In this document: positions 28,364-38,308 of the stretch, piece after piece
How positions within the stretch are numbered: position 1 is the stretch's first letter
Layout of the letters: every line of letters begins with the position of its first letter
Assembly: GCA_001795615.1 (NCBI GenBank)
Contig: MGKI01000004.1
Location: 22,324 to 86,323 of the forward strand
Origin: Candidatus Yanofskybacteria bacterium RIFCSPLOWO2_01_FULL_42_49
GTDB lineage: Bacteria > Patescibacteriota > Minisyncoccia > 2-02-FULL-40-12 > GWA2-44-9
Direction of reading: 5' to 3'
DNA: 64,000 nt
The notes under the pieces: generated by a model
Databases searched by the model: none
Told to the model about the DNA's origin: nothing
What the model saw: the letters and a program-made list of their open reading frames with translations, nothing else
Program-made: the position numbers and the translations under genes

Positions 28364-28921
28364 ATGGCCAATCAAGGCGGATTACAACTACTTCCTGAAA
28401 CAAGGAAGAAGATAGAAATTATAACCCCCGGAGAAAACAGACTGATTATCGCCGGAGGTATCGTATTTGTAATTGCGGCGATTTTAGCCGGGGGATTTTC
28501 TTTCTACGCTAACTCTTTAGAAGATAAGCTAACCGCCTTAGATACAGAGATAATCGCGCTTGAGCAGAAAAGAGACAAACAAGCCGAACAAAATATCCTT
28601 GTTTTTAACAAACAGGTATCTATGCTTTCGGGTTTATTGGCCAATCATGCGTATTGGACTACGGCTTTTTCAAAAATAGAAGGGCTTCTACAAAACCAGG
28701 TCCAACTAAACAGCATGACCACATCCTTATCAGACAGCAAAATTGACTTTGGGGCAACGGCTTTAAATTATACTACTATAGCCCGCCAAATCGCAGCTTT
28801 TCTTTCTGACGAATCGATAGAAGATATCGCCCTTAACCGGGTCAGTACCCTTACTAACGGCCGGCTTGAATTCAACATGCAAATTGTTTTTGACAAAAGT
28901 AAGTTTTTGAAATCAAGATGA
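28364..28921 (+). CDS. pilN: Type IV pilus assembly protein PilN
   Basis: Single N-terminal TM followed by a coiled-coil; position after pilM. Confidence 0.65.
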   Translation: MANQGGLQLLPETRKKIEIITPGENRLIIAGGIVFVIAAILAGGFSFYANSLEDKLTALDTEIIALEQKRDKQAEQNILVFNKQVSMLSGLLANHAYWTTAFSKIEGLLQNQVQLNSMTTSLSDSKIDFGATALNYTTIARQIAAFLSDESIEDIALNRVSTLTNGRLEFNMQIVFDKSKFLKSR

Positions 28922-29460
28922 CACCAGCAAATAAAAATTACATGGGAATCGGTTTGGCTGGTTTGGCCATAATTGCATTTTGGATTTTTGGAATGCCAGC
29001 ATGGGACAGATCCTCTCTACTCAAAGATGCAATAGCGGAAAGAGAGGACATATTGTCCGCAAGAGAAGAAGTCCTGAAAAAAATAGAGGATTTAAATGAA
29101 CAGTACAGGAACAGAGCCAATGATGTTGCCAGAATATCATCTATCGTTCCCGGCACTAAAGGCGTCGCAGAACTAGTTTCAACCATTGAAGCGATAACCC
29201 AGCAAACCGGCATTCAGCTTACTGAGATAACAATGGGCGGCGACAACAAGAAACAGCAAGAAGAATTGCAAATTATATCAATAGAACTCGGCCTAACTGG
29301 AAGTTATCTGTCTCTAACATTGTTCCTCGACCTTATAGAAAAAAACTTGAGAATGATAGATGTCTTTGAAATAAACATCAGCCGAACAGCAGCATCGGAA
29401 ACGCAGACAGCCCTGAATTTTAGAGTTAAGGCAAATGCCTATTACTTAACTGTGAAGTAA
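28918..29460 (+). CDS. pilO: Type IV pilus assembly protein PilO
   Basis: N-terminal TM, coiled-coil; overlaps the pilN stop. Confidence 0.6.
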   Translation: MTPANKNYMGIGLAGLAIIAFWIFGMPAWDRSSLLKDAIAEREDILSAREEVLKKIEDLNEQYRNRANDVARISSIVPGTKGVAELVSTIEAITQQTGIQLTEITMGGDNKKQQEELQIISIELGLTGSYLSLTLFLDLIEKNLRMIDVFEINISRTAASETQTALNFRVKANAYYLTVK

Positions 29461-29528
29461 CCAACGACTGACAACTAACGACCAGCGACAAAATTGTCGT
29501 AAGTCGTAAGTCGTAGGTCGTAGATCAG

Positions 29529-29810
29529 TTGATGGCCAATCAACCAACCACAAACAAGTCTTTAATGCTATTAATGCTCGTCGCGGCTTTTGCTGTCGGT
29601 TATTTATATTACTCCCAGTCAATACAACCGGCTCAACTGCCGATAAACCCGCCGCCACTAACCGCAAAAGACGATCTTACGATGTTTAAAAACCTAACAA
29701 TTGATTTTTCTATACTTGATAACAAGAGCTTTAAATCTTTAAAAACATTCGGTGAATCGCCGGTTAAGCCCGGAGTTACTGGTAAAAGAGATATATTCGC
29801 CCCCTTTTAA
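29529..29810 (+). CDS. Small membrane protein in the pilus operon (possibly PilP-like)
   Basis: 93 aa with a single TM; location between pilO and pilB. Confidence 0.4.
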   Translation: MMANQPTTNKSLMLLMLVAAFAVGYLYYSQSIQPAQLPINPPPLTAKDDLTMFKNLTIDFSILDNKSFKSLKTFGESPVKPGVTGKRDIFAPF

Positions 29811-29874
29811 TAGCCAACAAGCTAGTAAGCTAACAAGCTAGTAAGCTAAAGTTTAAAAATGCTTACAAGCTTAC

Positions 29875-31656
29875 ATGCTTACCAGCTTACATGCTGAATT
29901 GGTTAAAATTCCTCAAACATTAGTAGAAGAATTTATAAAACAAGGCCTTATCTCCGAAGAGGACATTAAATACCTTGAAGATCTGGCTCAGACCCAAAAT
30001 AAAGATCTTGGCCAAATGATAATTGACCAGGGAATTATGTCCGAGAACGATCTTTTAAATTTCAAATCCAGAGTATATCAGCTTCCGATCGTAAAGCTTG
30101 AAGAAATAGAACTGGATAAAGAGGCGCTAAAAGAACTCCCGGAGGACATAGTCGCATTCTACAAAATTATTCCTTTTGCCAAAGAAAGCGGAGTCTTGAG
30201 GATCGGTATAGTTGACCCAGAGGATATAAATGCTCTCGAAGCACTTAAATTCCTTTCCGGCCAAAAAGGACTGACAATAGAAAAATATCTAATAGGATAC
30301 AAGGACTTTGCCAATATAACCAGATCATACAGAACCCTGACCGGCGAGGTAGGGGAGGCTCTTGAATCGCTAGCTGAAGAACTAGAAAAAAAAGTAGTAA
30401 AAGAGGGGCCGGCAAAAATAAAACTTGAGGAGCTAAGCGCAGAGGCGCCTGTTACCAGAATTGTAGCCGTCATTGTAAGGCACGCCGTTGAATCTAGAGC
30501 ATCAGATATACACATAGAGCCCTTCGACGACCGAGTAAGGGTTAGATTCAGAATAGACGGCGTTTTGATAACTTCCCTGACCTTGCCTAAAAATCTCCAT
30601 TCTGCCGTTGTAACCCGCATTAAAATCCTTTCCGATTTGAAAATCGACGAAACACGGCTGGCTCAAGACGGAAGATTCGCCACCAAACTCGGGGAAAGAA
30701 AAATTGATTTTCGCGTATCCACTTTTCCAACCAAAAACGGAGAAAAAGTAGTAATGCGTATATTAGACCCCTTGGCAGGCGTTGTTACCTTGGGAGATCT
30801 TGGTCTTGAAGGCAGATCCCTTGATATTCTTCAACGGGGAATGACCAAGCCCTTTGGCAGTATTTTGATAACCGGACCGACCGGTTCAGGAAAATCAACG
30901 ACTCTCGCGGCCATGTTAAGAGTAATGAATACCGAGGACATCAACATCGTAACGCTGGAAGATCCGATAGAATATTTCGTGGATGGAGTTAATCAGTCAC
31001 AAGTACACGAAGAGATTGGTTATACTTTTGCCAACGGATTGAGACATATCCTTAGGCAAGACCCCGATGTGATAATGGTTGGCGAGATCAGAGACAAAGA
31101 GACAGCCGGTCTTGCCACTCAAGCCGCTTTAACCGGCCACATTGTCCTTTCTACTCTCCACACCAATGACTCAATGGGAGTAGTGCCTCGACTAATTGAC
31201 ATGGGTGTTGAAAAATATTTAATCCCGCCGACAGTAAATGTTGCCGCCGCGCAACGACTTTTGCGTCGCCTCTGTCCTGATTGCAAAGTTAAAGCAAAAG
31301 CAAACAGCGGAGAAGAAAAAATTATAAATGACGCCATTAAAGACATGCCATCCGAATACTATAAAAGTTTATTCTCAGAAAAAGGATACACAATTTATAA
31401 GCCCAATACCGATAATCCCTGTAAAACATGTGGGGGGAAAGCTTTTAAGGGCAGGCTAGGCATATTTGAAATGATGGAGATGACGGATGAATTTGAAAAA
31501 ATAATATTAGGCACCCTATCGGAGGCAGCGATGAGAGAAGAAGCAAAAAGACAAAACATGATTACCATGTTCCAGGACGGAATTTTGAAGGTCTTAAATG
31601 GGATGGTATCATTGGAAGAGCTGCTTGAAGTAGCACAAGCCAATGAATCGGCGTAG
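29875..31656 (+). CDS. pilB: Type IV pilus assembly ATPase PilB (GspE family)
   Basis: N-terminal GSPII_E repeats, Walker A GPTGSGKSTT, tetra-Cys motif CPDC...CKTCGG. Confidence 0.9.
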   Translation: MLTSLHAELVKIPQTLVEEFIKQGLISEEDIKYLEDLAQTQNKDLGQMIIDQGIMSENDLLNFKSRVYQLPIVKLEEIELDKEALKELPEDIVAFYKIIPFAKESGVLRIGIVDPEDINALEALKFLSGQKGLTIEKYLIGYKDFANITRSYRTLTGEVGEALESLAEELEKKVVKEGPAKIKLEELSAEAPVTRIVAVIVRHAVESRASDIHIEPFDDRVRVRFRIDGVLITSLTLPKNLHSAVVTRIKILSDLKIDETRLAQDGRFATKLGERKIDFRVSTFPTKNGEKVVMRILDPLAGVVTLGDLGLEGRSLDILQRGMTKPFGSILITGPTGSGKSTTLAAMLRVMNTEDINIVTLEDPIEYFVDGVNQSQVHEEIGYTFANGLRHILRQDPDVIMVGEIRDKETAGLATQAALTGHIVLSTLHTNDSMGVVPRLIDMGVEKYLIPPTVNVAAAQRLLRRLCPDCKVKAKANSGEEKIINDAIKDMPSEYYKSLFSEKGYTIYKPNTDNPCKTCGGKAFKGRLGIFEMMEMTDEFEKIILGTLSEAAMREEAKRQNMITMFQDGILKVLNGMVSLEELLEVAQANESA

Positions 31657-31799
31657 TGCCTAGCGACTAGTGCCTAGCGACTAAAAATTAGTGTCTAACA
31701 ATTTAGTGCCTAGCGATTAGTAATTTCTTACTAGTGGCTAGTGGCTAAATCCTAATGGCTAACTTTAGTGGCTAGTGGCTAGTGGCTAGTGGCTAATCG

Positions 31800-32864
31800 G
31801 TGGATTACAAACAATACCTAGACGAGCTTCTATTCACAACAGCTGAAAACGGAGCTTCAGATTTGCACATTTCTCCAGGCCACTATCCGTCAATAAGAAT
31901 AGACGGCCGGCTTATTCAAGTCGCGGATAAGCAGATACTAGATAAGGAAATTTCTGAAGGAATTGTTTTAGAGTTGGTCGGATCGGAAAGAAAAGATCGT
32001 TTTATATCCGAAAAAGAGCTCGATTTTTCATACGAGTATGCTCAAAAATATAGATTCAGAGTAAATACATACAACACTCGGGGCGGAATGGCAGCGTCTC
32101 TGCGTTTAATCCCTAATAAAATACGGACAATAGAAGAATTGGGGTTGCCCCCCATAATCAAGATATTCAGTCGACTTTCCCAAGGATTTGTTTTGGTGGT
32201 CGGTCCCAATGGCCACGGCAAATCAACCACATTATCCGCAATTATAGATCTCGTAAACAAAGAACGAGCTGAAAAAATAGTCACCATCGAAGATCCTATC
32301 GAATATATTTTCACTCCCGACAAAAGTATTATTGATCAGAGGGAAATATATCAAGACACATTCTCGTTTCATAAAGCCCTCCGTTCAACATTCAGACAGA
32401 ACGTCAATATCATTATGGTGGGAGAGATGCGAGACTACGAAACAATGAGCGCAGCAGTAACAGCCGCCGAAACCGGCCATCTTGTTTTGGCGTCACTTCA
32501 TACAAACAGCGCTTCTCAAACTATCGAACGCATCATTGATAGTTTTCCTCCAAATCAGCAGACTCAAATAAGAAACCAGCTAGCCAACACTATCTCCGGG
32601 ATAATTTCACAAAGATTAATACAACGAATAAAGGGTGGCCTTGTGCCAGCCACAGAAGTAATGATCGCGACAACAGCCGTAAGGACGCTGATCAGAGACA
32701 ACCGGCCGAGACAACTGGATCTTGTAATAGAGACCAGCCAAGATGTCGGAATGATGCCGCTGGATAGATCGCTTGCTGACTTGGTTAGAAGAAAGGAAAT
32801 ATCTATAGACAGAGCTGAATTTTATTCGACCAATTCGCTAGAGTTAAGAAATCAGTTAAAATAA
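31800..32864 (+). CDS. pilT: Twitching motility ATPase PilT
   Basis: Walker A GPNGHGKSTT, PilT-type Asp/His boxes. Confidence 0.9.
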   Translation: MDYKQYLDELLFTTAENGASDLHISPGHYPSIRIDGRLIQVADKQILDKEISEGIVLELVGSERKDRFISEKELDFSYEYAQKYRFRVNTYNTRGGMAASLRLIPNKIRTIEELGLPPIIKIFSRLSQGFVLVVGPNGHGKSTTLSAIIDLVNKERAEKIVTIEDPIEYIFTPDKSIIDQREIYQDTFSFHKALRSTFRQNVNIIMVGEMRDYETMSAAVTAAETGHLVLASLHTNSASQTIERIIDSFPPNQQTQIRNQLANTISGIISQRLIQRIKGGLVPATEVMIATTAVRTLIRDNRPRQLDLVIETSQDVGMMPLDRSLADLVRRKEISIDRAEFYSTNSLELRNQLK

Positions 32865-32974
32865 TGCGGACCTACGAACAAGTTACGCGAACGCTACGAA
32901 CAAGAGGCGGACCGATGTGGGCTGTTCGGTTCGCAATGTTCGCATAGTAGTTCGCATCGTTCGCATTATATTTT

Positions 32975-34183
32975 ATGGATTTTTCTTACAAAGTTAAAAC
33001 CAAAACCGGAGAAATAGCAGAGGGAACAGTGGACGCCCCTGAAGAAAACACAGCCGTTAGCATTCTCCACAGCAAGGGCTATGTAGTTTTGTCTCTAACA
33101 CCCCTAAAGAAGGGGGTTTTAACATCTGACATGGGCCAAATTATTTCAAGGCCCAACATTAAAGACATCGTAATTTTTACAAGACAATTATCTACTTTAG
33201 TAGATGCTGACATGCCGATCAGCGAGGGACTGAGAACACTAGCTAAACAAAGCGAGAAACCAATGTTCAAGAAAATAATTACAGAGGTTTCTGAATCTGT
33301 AGAAGCGGGGTCTTCTCTGTCAAATGCCCTGACGGCTTATCCTAAACTATTCTCCACATTTTACATAAAACTGGTGCAATCAGGCGAAATTTCAGGAAAA
33401 CTTCAGGAGTCGCTTCTTTATCTTGCTGAGTATCTTGAAAGAAGCAGGGGCATTAATTCTAAGATACGCGGAGCACTTGCTTATCCGGCTTTTGTTGTTT
33501 TCGCATTGGGCGTGGTCACATTAATTATGGTGATATATGTGCTCCCTCAATTACTATCAATCTTTGAGGAAGCCGGGGTAGCAGATCTGCCCATGACAAC
33601 CAGAATTCTTATTTGGGTTACAACTTTTGTTAATAAATATCTGTATTTTTTGATGACGGGCGTCTTAGTCTTGGTATATGTTGGCTGGACATATATTAAA
33701 ACCCCGGCCGGCAAAGAAAGGCTAGATGATCTTAAAATAAAATTTCCTTCGCTGGGAGTAGTAATAAGAAATCTTTACCTTGCCCGTATTTCTGAGAGTT
33801 TATCTACTCTGATAAAATCCGGAATACCAATATTAGAGGGGATAAAGATAACATCCGAATTGGTTGGTAATGAAAATTATAAAAAAATAATGCTGGCCGC
33901 CGAAGAAAATGTAAGAAACGGGGGCACGATATCAGAAGTATTGGTGAAATATAAAGAGGTGCCACCATTGTTTTCATCAATGGTTGCTATCGGGGAGAAG
34001 ACCGGAAAATTAGACTCCATGCTAGAACACATATCCAAGTTCTATAAATCCGAATCAGATAATACCATCGATAACATTTCTCAATTGATAGAGCCTATTC
34101 TTGTTCTTGTTCTTGGTTTTGCTGTTGCCATATTGGTATCAAGCATTTTGTTACCAATATATAACTTGGTTGGAATAGCATAA
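32975..34183 (+). CDS. pilC: Type IV pilus platform protein PilC (GspF family)
   Basis: Two T2SS-F domains, three TM segments. Confidence 0.9.
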   Translation: MDFSYKVKTKTGEIAEGTVDAPEENTAVSILHSKGYVVLSLTPLKKGVLTSDMGQIISRPNIKDIVIFTRQLSTLVDADMPISEGLRTLAKQSEKPMFKKIITEVSESVEAGSSLSNALTAYPKLFSTFYIKLVQSGEISGKLQESLLYLAEYLERSRGINSKIRGALAYPAFVVFALGVVTLIMVIYVLPQLLSIFEEAGVADLPMTTRILIWVTTFVNKYLYFLMTGVLVLVYVGWTYIKTPAGKERLDDLKIKFPSLGVVIRNLYLARISESLSTLIKSGIPILEGIKITSELVGNENYKKIMLAAEENVRNGGTISEVLVKYKEVPPLFSSMVAIGEKTGKLDSMLEHISKFYKSESDNTIDNISQLIEPILVLVLGFAVAILVSSILLPIYNLVGIA

Positions 34184-34367
34184 ACTAAATCTCTAAATCC
34201 TAAACTCCAATCTCTAAACAATCTCAAAATTCAAAATATTTTTGATATTTGGATTTTGCCTGTCTGCCAGTAGTCAGAAATTTATTTAGAAATCAGAGAT
34301 TAGAGATTTCAACTACTGTGGATATCTTGCGTTGTACTATTAAAAATGCTTTAACTATAATAAAGAC

Positions 34368-34871
34368 ATGATAAACACAGGGAATAAGTCACAAAAAGGT
34401 TTTACCTTGGTCGAGCTATTGGTGGTCATAGCCATCATTGGAATTTTAGCAACTTTATTATTGCTTCAATTGGGAGTAGCCCGTCAGCGTGCCAGAGACG
34501 CAAAACGCATAGCAGATATAAACCAAACCCGAACCGCTATTGAGCTTTATTTCGACGATAACGGCCAATATCCTCAACAAGCAACATTTGCAGGACTGGG
34601 TGCGCTTTTTGTCCCCAAATACCTTACGCTTTTACCAGTAGATCCTCTAAATGTAGCGCCAAATACTTATAATTATAACTACAACGGCAACACTAAATAT
34701 CAAGTCTGGGGAGAGTTAGAACAATGGGCGCAAGCTCTGGCTAGCGACGCCGACATAAACTCTACAGCCGGCGGATGGACGGGACAGACAGTTAACGGTG
34801 CAACTGACGCAAAAACAAACTGCACCACTGCGGCGGCTGACTGCGTGTACGATCAGGGCCAATCACAGTAG
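34368..34871 (+). CDS. pilA: Type IV major pilin (prepilin)
   Basis: Class III signal KGFTLVELLVVIAIIGILA. Confidence 0.85.
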   Translation: MINTGNKSQKGFTLVELLVVIAIIGILATLLLLQLGVARQRARDAKRIADINQTRTAIELYFDDNGQYPQQATFAGLGALFVPKYLTLLPVDPLNVAPNTYNYNYNGNTKYQVWGELEQWAQALASDADINSTAGGWTGQTVNGATDAKTNCTTAAADCVYDQGQSQ

Positions 34872-34975
34872 TAATTAGCCACTAGCAATTAGTCGCTAGT
34901 TATTAGTAACTAAATCAAAATCTCGCCACTAGGCGAGATTTTGATAACGACAGATAAATACATTATTATTAGATC

Positions 34976-35734
34976 GTGGGAATTTATTTTTATGTCTTTA
35001 TATTTTTGATAGGCCTTTCAATGGGGAGTTTTTTTAACGTTGTCTTGTTTAGGTTTAATACTGGCCGTAGCATAATAAGGGGAAGGTCTAAGTGCGTCAT
35101 CTGCCAGTCAACAATTAGATGGTTCGATTTACTACCTGTCCTTAGCCACTTTATCCTCGAAGGACGGTGCAGAAACTGCAAAAAGAAGATATCCTCCGCA
35201 TATCCGATTATGGAGATCTCTACTGCCACTGCTTTGCTGTTGTTATTCTTAAACGCACCAGACACCTCATTCCCAACGGTACTAAATGCCTCAATTGTCT
35301 TACTTTTTGTGCTGATAGTTTTTTTTGATATTCGTTACTTTATAATTCCGGACAAAATATTGATTGCAGCGGCAATACCAACAACGGCTATCATGCTAAC
35401 CAGCCCAAATGCCGTCTTGCCTAATCTGTTGATTTCCGGATTAGGCCTGGCGACATTTTTTGCTATACTATTTATAGTGTCGCGTGGAAAATGGATAGGG
35501 TTTGGTGATGTTAAACTCATATTGATTATGGGTCTACTATTAGGATATCCTCTCGGTTTTTTTGCTGTTATGTCCTCGATATGGGCCGCAGCAATATTCT
35601 CAATTCTGTTGTTGGTAACAGGAAGAGCCAACCTAAAGACCCAAATTCCTTTCGGATCGTTTTTGGCAATAACAACTATAATTTTCGTAATTTTTAACCA
35701 TGAACTCCAAGAAATATCCAGATACTTTTATTAG
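34976..35734 (+). CDS. pilD: Prepilin peptidase (A24 family)
   Basis: Zinc-binding CVIC...CRNC N-terminal domain and a multi-TM peptidase domain. Confidence 0.85.
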   Translation: MGIYFYVFIFLIGLSMGSFFNVVLFRFNTGRSIIRGRSKCVICQSTIRWFDLLPVLSHFILEGRCRNCKKKISSAYPIMEISTATALLLLFLNAPDTSFPTVLNASIVLLFVLIVFFDIRYFIIPDKILIAAAIPTTAIMLTSPNAVLPNLLISGLGLATFFAILFIVSRGKWIGFGDVKLILIMGLLLGYPLGFFAVMSSIWAAAIFSILLLVTGRANLKTQIPFGSFLAITTIIFVIFNHELQEISRYFY

Positions 35735-36137
35735 CGAGACCCTACTCGTTCAGGTTATTCTTGTCGTTGTAGTCGTCGGGATAGTAGTGTTTTTTGACAA
35801 ACTGTCCAACGGAGAGTGGTTTTCTGTGGATGACGGATCTAAAAGAGAGGCGACGCTGATAATTGACTTTGATAACATGAGAAGGACATTCGAGGGAGAG
35901 GTGATTGAAGAAATGACTATTTTAGACGCCCTTAACGCATCGGTTACCGCCGGACAGATAAAATTGACCTATACCGTGGACGACAACAACCATACTTCTG
36001 TTGCTGAGATTGACGGACATTCTGCCGTTTTTGGTAAAAACTTCTTTTTCTATTTGAACGAAAAAAAGATCCACACAAAAGACCTCAATAGGACCTTCGT
36101 TGATCCGGGGGATAAGATAACAATCAAGTTGGAATAA
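35700..36137 (+). CDS. Hypothetical membrane protein
   Basis: N-terminal TM (LLVQVILVVVVVGIVVFF). Confidence 0.45.
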   Translation: MNSKKYPDTFISETLLVQVILVVVVVGIVVFFDKLSNGEWFSVDDGSKREATLIIDFDNMRRTFEGEVIEEMTILDALNASVTAGQIKLTYTVDDNNHTSVAEIDGHSAVFGKNFFFYLNEKKIHTKDLNRTFVDPGDKITIKLE

Positions 36138-36274
36138 ATTATTCTAATTTCTAATTAACCTAATTATTCTAAAGAAGCCCTAATTCCAAAATATCTAATG
36201 CCTAAATTTTTAGTCATTTAGTCATTGGGATTTATTTAGGTCAATTAGAATAATTAGAGCAATTAGGTTAATTT

Positions 36275-36820
36275 GTGAGTAAAGGTTTTACATTAATTGA
36301 GGTAGTGGTAGTGGCTGGAATAACCGGTTTTATAACAACCATGTTTCTTATTAATTTCTCGAGATCAAGAATTAACTTTATAGAAGAGGTTAATACATTT
36401 AAATCCAAAATCAGAATAGCTCAAACAAAAGCCACATCAAGCACTCAGCTCAATAACACCATAAGATGCGGATATGGCGTCAGGTACATAAACAATCAGT
36501 CCTATGCGATATATGCGGGAGAAAGCACAAGCACATATGACTGTTCCGCCCAAAATAAAGATTACGACCCTACTGGCAGCCTAAATAACGACACTAGCGT
36601 TGAAACGATAAATTTTGCTGACGCCAAAGTAGAGTTCAAGTCAGTTTTCCGAGCAATCTATTTTGAGCCGCCTGACCCAAAGACATTTATAATTGACTCC
36701 GGGGGTTCGGTCCACAATGAACCGAATTACGCTTTGTCTGTTACATTAGGGAAAATAGGGGGCACTTGCCCACAGGACTGTAAAACAATAAATGTATTTA
36801 CATCAGGAAAAATCGAATAG
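36275..36820 (+). CDS. Minor pilin/pseudopilin (prepilin-type N-terminus)
   Basis: KGFTLIEVVVVAGITGF; GTG start. Confidence 0.7.
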   Translation: MSKGFTLIEVVVVAGITGFITTMFLINFSRSRINFIEEVNTFKSKIRIAQTKATSSTQLNNTIRCGYGVRYINNQSYAIYAGESTSTYDCSAQNKDYDPTGSLNNDTSVETINFADAKVEFKSVFRAIYFEPPDPKTFIIDSGGSVHNEPNYALSVTLGKIGGTCPQDCKTINVFTSGKIE

Positions 36821-37286
36821 CGGTTTTACTCTCATAGAAGCGATGGTCGCTTTAGTTTTGTTTACCATAGCAATGGGGCCAGTTTTTATATTAGCCACAT
36901 CTTCCATCAATGTTGCTTCTCGGATTGAGAACAATTTAATTGCCGCTAATCTTGCCCAGGAAGGGATCGAGATTGTAAGAAACATCAGGGACACGAACTG
37001 GATAAACGGATCAGAGTTTGATAATAATCTTCAAACAGGAGCTTGGCGCGTCGAATGGAATACCGTGAACGGCGGTCTTGTGGCGATTGGATCAAATCCT
37101 GCTTTAAAGAAAAATAACGGCTTATATAATTATGCGTCGGGAACAGATACTATCTTCCGAAGAACTGTAACCATATCAAAACCAAACAATGGCGAGTTGG
37201 TTCTAACCAGCTCAGTAACTTGGGTGGAAAGAGGAAATGCCAACAGAAGTATCAGCGCCGAATCACATTTATTCAATTGGAAATGA
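36792..37286 (+). CDS. Minor pilin/pseudopilin
   Basis: SGFTLIEAMVALVLFTIAMGP. Confidence 0.7.
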   Translation: MYLHQEKSNSGFTLIEAMVALVLFTIAMGPVFILATSSINVASRIENNLIAANLAQEGIEIVRNIRDTNWINGSEFDNNLQTGAWRVEWNTVNGGLVAIGSNPALKKNNGLYNYASGTDTIFRRTVTISKPNNGELVLTSSVTWVERGNANRSISAESHLFNWK

Positions 37287-37343
37287 TGCAATTAGCCATC
37301 AATAGTTAGCCACTAGAACTTAGAACTAGTGACTACTAGCTAA

Positions 37344-37859
37344 ATGAACAAAATGAATAATCAAAAAGGTTTCAGTATAGTCGAGGTTGTCGTTACCACT
37401 TTTGTGTTCTCAATAATTTCGATAATCGTTGTCACCAACTTTGTTGGCATACTCGACCTGCAAAGAAGAGGTTCTGCTGCTCAAGTTATCCAGGAAGAGG
37501 CTCTGTTTGCCGTAGAATCGATGGCCAGAGAAATAAGGGTAAGCCAAATTCAAAGCCCCAATGACCCGAATTGTACCCTTACTAGTTTAACCATTGATCA
37601 TCCCATAAACGGTCCGACTATCTATTCAGTCGGTAACGGAGTAATAAACAAGACTGTTGGCGGAAACACTTTCTCGATTACCTCTACCAAAGTTAACTTC
37701 TCCAGACTAAATTTTTGTGTAAAGGGAGCGGGCATTGACAATGAACAACCAAGAATAACTATAGTTGCTTCAATACAGCCAACAAACGGAGAAGATCTTC
37801 AATTCGACATACAAACAAGCATTTCTTCCAGAGATTTAAGGGAAGAACTACTTAACTAG
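37344..37859 (+). CDS. Minor pilin/pseudopilin
   Basis: QKGFSIVEVVVTTFVFSIIS. Confidence 0.7.
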   Translation: MNKMNNQKGFSIVEVVVTTFVFSIISIIVVTNFVGILDLQRRGSAAQVIQEEALFAVESMAREIRVSQIQSPNDPNCTLTSLTIDHPINGPTIYSVGNGVINKTVGGNTFSITSTKVNFSRLNFCVKGAGIDNEQPRITIVASIQPTNGEDLQFDIQTSISSRDLREELLN

Positions 37860-37927
37860 CGACTAGCGATTAGCGACTAGCGACTAGTTAAAGTTGCTAA
37901 TGGCTAATGGCTAATGGCTAATGGCTA

Positions 37928-38272
37928 ATGCAGAAGGGTTCAATAATTGTTTTTACTGTATTAATACTCACAATGATTTTGACGATAACTTTAACTTTGA
38001 CCAGAATATTTATTCCCCGGATACGAACCATTACAGAAGCCGCAAATTCAGTCAGCGCTATATACGCAGCTGACAGCGCCATAGAGTGGTGCCTTTATAC
38101 TAACCGTGGGAAAACTCCTTCTTTAGCTCAGCCGGCAATGGGCAACAGCGCTACATACCAAATATATAACAATGGTAATCCGTCTATCTGCCCCAATGGT
38201 GAAGCACTCAACTACCGCACCGTAGGCACATTCAGGGGAGTGAGCCGGTCATTTGAAGTATCGGAAATATAA
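37928..38272 (+). CDS. PilX-like small membrane protein (minor pilin-like)
   Basis: N-terminal hydrophobic helix QKGSIIVFTVLILTMILTITL. Confidence 0.45.
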   Translation: MQKGSIIVFTVLILTMILTITLTLTRIFIPRIRTITEAANSVSAIYAADSAIEWCLYTNRGKTPSLAQPAMGNSATYQIYNNGNPSICPNGEALNYRTVGTFRGVSRSFEVSEI

Positions 38273-38308
38273 TTGAATTTAACCGGATTAGGTTGTATAT
38301 TTAACCCG

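Noticed and set aside
31655-31800. Possible CRISPR array (repeated tagtggctag / ctagcgactag units, also at 37855-37930 and 60450-60530)
   Set aside because: The units are 7-11 nt tandem words without unique spacers of uniform length. They occur as short symmetric blocks between operon genes, and no cas genes are present. They look like simple-sequence palindromic spacers, not CRISPR.
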